From: Pseudomonas aeruginosa | GTDB taxonomy: Bacteria; Pseudomonadota; Gammaproteobacteria; Pseudomonadales; Pseudomonadaceae | DNA: 32,000 nucleotides | Direction: 5' to 3' | Assembly: GCF_001457615.1 (NCBI RefSeq) | Contig: NZ_LN831024.1 | Span: 1,260,001 to 1,292,000, forward strand | Shown: positions 30,192-32,000 of the stretch, piece by piece | Numbering within the stretch: the first letter of the stretch is position 1 | Layout: each line of letters starts with the position of its first letter | Made by a program: the position numbers and the translations under genes | Notes under the pieces: generated by a model | Told to the model about the DNA's origin: nothing | Databases searched by the model: none | What the model saw: the letters and a program-made list of their open reading frames with translations, nothing else

Positions 30192-31505
30192 TCAGGACAC
30201 TGCGCCGAGGTCGTTGTCGCGGGTTTCCTTCAGGCACAGCACCGCCAGCAGGCTGAGCAGCGCCGCTGCGGAGACGTAGCCGCCGACCCAGCCCAGGCCG
30301 CCGATGCCGACCAGCTTCTGGGCGATATAGGGCGCCACCGAGGCGCCGAGAATGCCGCCCAGGTTGTAGGCCGCCGACGCGCCGGTGTAGCGCACGTGGG
30401 TGGGGAATATTTCCGGCAGCAGCGCGCCCATCGGGGCGAAGGTGACCCCCATCAGGAACAGCTCGATGCAGAGGAACAGGGCGACGCTGAACGTCGAGCC
30501 CTGGCTGAGCAGCGGCTCCATGGCGAAGCCGGAGGCGATCGCCGCCAGGCTGCCGAGCAGCAGTACCGGCTTGCGTCCGAAGCGGTCGCTGAGCCAGGCC
30601 GACAGCGGCGTGGCGGCGGCCATGAAGAGCACCGCGAGGCACAGCAGACCAAGGAACTCCTCGCGGCTGAAGCCGAGGCTGGCCACCCCGTAGCTCAGCG
30701 AGAACACCGTGGAGATATAGAACAGCGCATAACACACCACCATCGCCAGGGCGCCGAGCAGGGTCGGCCGCCAGTGCTGGGCGAACAGCTCGGCGATCGG
30801 CAGGCGGACCCTCTCGTGCTTGGCCATGGCCTTGGCGAACACCGGGGTTTCCGCCAGCTTCAGGCGTACGTAGAGGCCGACCACAACCAGCGCCGCGCTG
30901 AGCAGGAACGGGATCCGCCAGCCCCACTCACGGAACTGCTCCTCGCTGAGCAGCATCGCCAGGGCCAGGAACAGGCCGTTGGCGGCGAGGAAGCCGATCG
31001 ACGGGCCGAGCTGGGGAAACATGCCGAACCAGGCGCGCTTGCCGGCCGGCGCGTTCTCCGTGGCCAGCAGCGCGGCGCCGCCCCACTCGCCGCCGAGGCC
31101 GAGGCCCTGGCCGAAGCGCAGCACGCAGAGCAGCAACGGCGCCCAGTAGCCGATGCTGTCGTAGCCGGGGAGGACGCCGATCAGGGTGGTGGACACCCCC
31201 ATCAGCAGCAGCGAGGCGACCAGGGTCGACTTGCGCCCGATGCGGTCGCCGAAGTGGCCGAACAGCGCCGAGCCCAGCGGACGGGCGAGGAAGGCGATGC
31301 CGAAGGTGAGGAAGGCGCTGAGCATCTGCGCGGTGCCGGATGTCTGCGGGAAGAATACCGGACCGATCACCAGGGCGGCGGCAGTGGCATAGACGTAGAA
31401 ATCGTAGAACTCGATGGCGGTGCCGATGAAGCTGGCGACTGCGACCCGGGTGGTCGAGTTGGCCGGTTCCGGAGCGGCGTCGGCGGCGAGGGTGGCGGCG
31501 GTCAT
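30192..31505 (-). CDS. MFS transporter, metabolite:H+ symporter (MHS; ProP/KgtP-like) family
   Basis: 437 aa with 12 hydrophobic spans and the N-terminal motif GTAIEFYDFYVYATAAALV, typical of MHS. Confidence 0.9.
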   Translation of the reverse strand: MTAATLAADAAPEPANSTTRVAVASFIGTAIEFYDFYVYATAAALVIGPVFFPQTSGTAQMLSAFLTFGIAFLARPLGSALFGHFGDRIGRKSTLVASLLLMGVSTTLIGVLPGYDSIGYWAPLLLCVLRFGQGLGLGGEWGGAALLATENAPAGKRAWFGMFPQLGPSIGFLAANGLFLALAMLLSEEQFREWGWRIPFLLSAALVVVGLYVRLKLAETPVFAKAMAKHERVRLPIAELFAQHWRPTLLGALAMVVCYALFYISTVFSLSYGVASLGFSREEFLGLLCLAVLFMAAATPLSAWLSDRFGRKPVLLLGSLAAIASGFAMEPLLSQGSTFSVALFLCIELFLMGVTFAPMGALLPEIFPTHVRYTGASAAYNLGGILGASVAPYIAQKLVGIGGLGWVGGYVSAAALLSLLAVLCLKETRDNDLGAVS

Positions 31506-31808
31506 GGTGGGAAGGTCCCTGGCAGTCGGGGCACGACGGAGTGCTTCCGTGCGGCCGGATGGTTATGGCCAGTGCGCCGATGCGGCGGCGCGGCGCCCGG
31601 GTGGGGCGGACGAGATCGGTCGCGCAGGGAGGATGGGGCTGCGCGCCGTGCGCCGGCTGGTACCGTCGGCATCGGGGCCGGGCGGGCAGGCGGGACTGGC
31701 GGGTGACTGGCCGGGGCTCGGGCTGCGGGTAGCGGCGGAACCGGCGGCAGGGCTGGATAAGCTGGGGTCGATTATAGAGCGCCGCGGGGCCGGTTCGGCA
31801 ATCCCGGA

Positions 31809-32000
31809 TCAGACGCTGGCGTCGCTTTCGACCAGCGGGGTCAGCGCGCGAGGATGCCAGGCGCGCACGCTTTTCACACGGTTTTCCGCCGACTGCTGGA
31901 TTTCCAGGCAGTAGGGGCCGATGCGCAGGCACACCGCGCAATCGGGGATCTGCTCCAGGGCTTCGGTGACCAGGCCGTTGAGGGTCTTCGGGCCGTCGCA
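31809..32000 (-). CDS. 3' end of a CorC/HlyC (CNNM-type) transporter-associated domain protein; the 5' part lies outside the window
   Basis: The frame is open from the window edge to TGA at 31811-31809. The peptide CDGPKTLNGLVTEALEQIPDCAVCLRIGPYCLEIQQSAENRVKSVRAWHP resembles the C-terminal CorC_HlyC domain. The assignment is by eye only. Confidence 0.55.
   Translation of the reverse strand, partial: CDGPKTLNGLVTEALEQIPDCAVCLRIGPYCLEIQQSAENRVKSVRAWHPRALTPLVESDASV

Overview
High-GC (about mid-60s %, judged by eye) Pseudomonas aeruginosa-type chromosomal segment. All homology calls come from motif recognition by eye and from memory, and no search was run. From my recollection of PAO1 gene order, the window is collinear with PA3769 (guaA 3' end) through about PA3748. 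In order it carries a Tat-exported multicopper oxidase, tadA, an aromatic amino-acid permease, a DUF2239 protein, mltF, purL, a CDGSH iron-sulfur protein and a YqfO-like protein. These are followed by the nagR-nagA-nagB(II)-nagF-nagE GlcNAc PTS operon, an L,D-transpeptidase, two Nudix hydrolases, a gamma-CA-like protein, DUF1289, purT, an SGNH hydrolase, an MHS-type MFS transporter and the 3' end of a CorC/HlyC-type gene. The exception is about 6.9 kb (roughly 263-7160) wedged between guaA and the oxidase. Its first part is a clearly low-GC module holding one orphan of about 525 aa that fuses a formyltransferase-fold domain to a beta-propeller-like domain, plus a 42-codon stump of an acyltransferase-3 (OafA-type) gene. 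Its second part is a native-GC, AraC-associated SDR/MFS/enone-reductase cassette. I found no tRNA, rRNA, CRISPR array, IS element, integrase or recognisable defence system. The best candidate for something undescribed is the low-GC orphan fusion gene. Secondary items are a repeated AT-rich TATCCGG(A/G)TA motif around the permease and DUF2239 genes, where DUF2239 carries an AT-hook and an RHH-like segment; a CDGSH protein whose first motif has Cys in place of the His ligand; and a NagE with a second, Cys-less EIIB module. Many long ORFs in the track are antisense or alternate-frame artefacts of high GC and were rejected.
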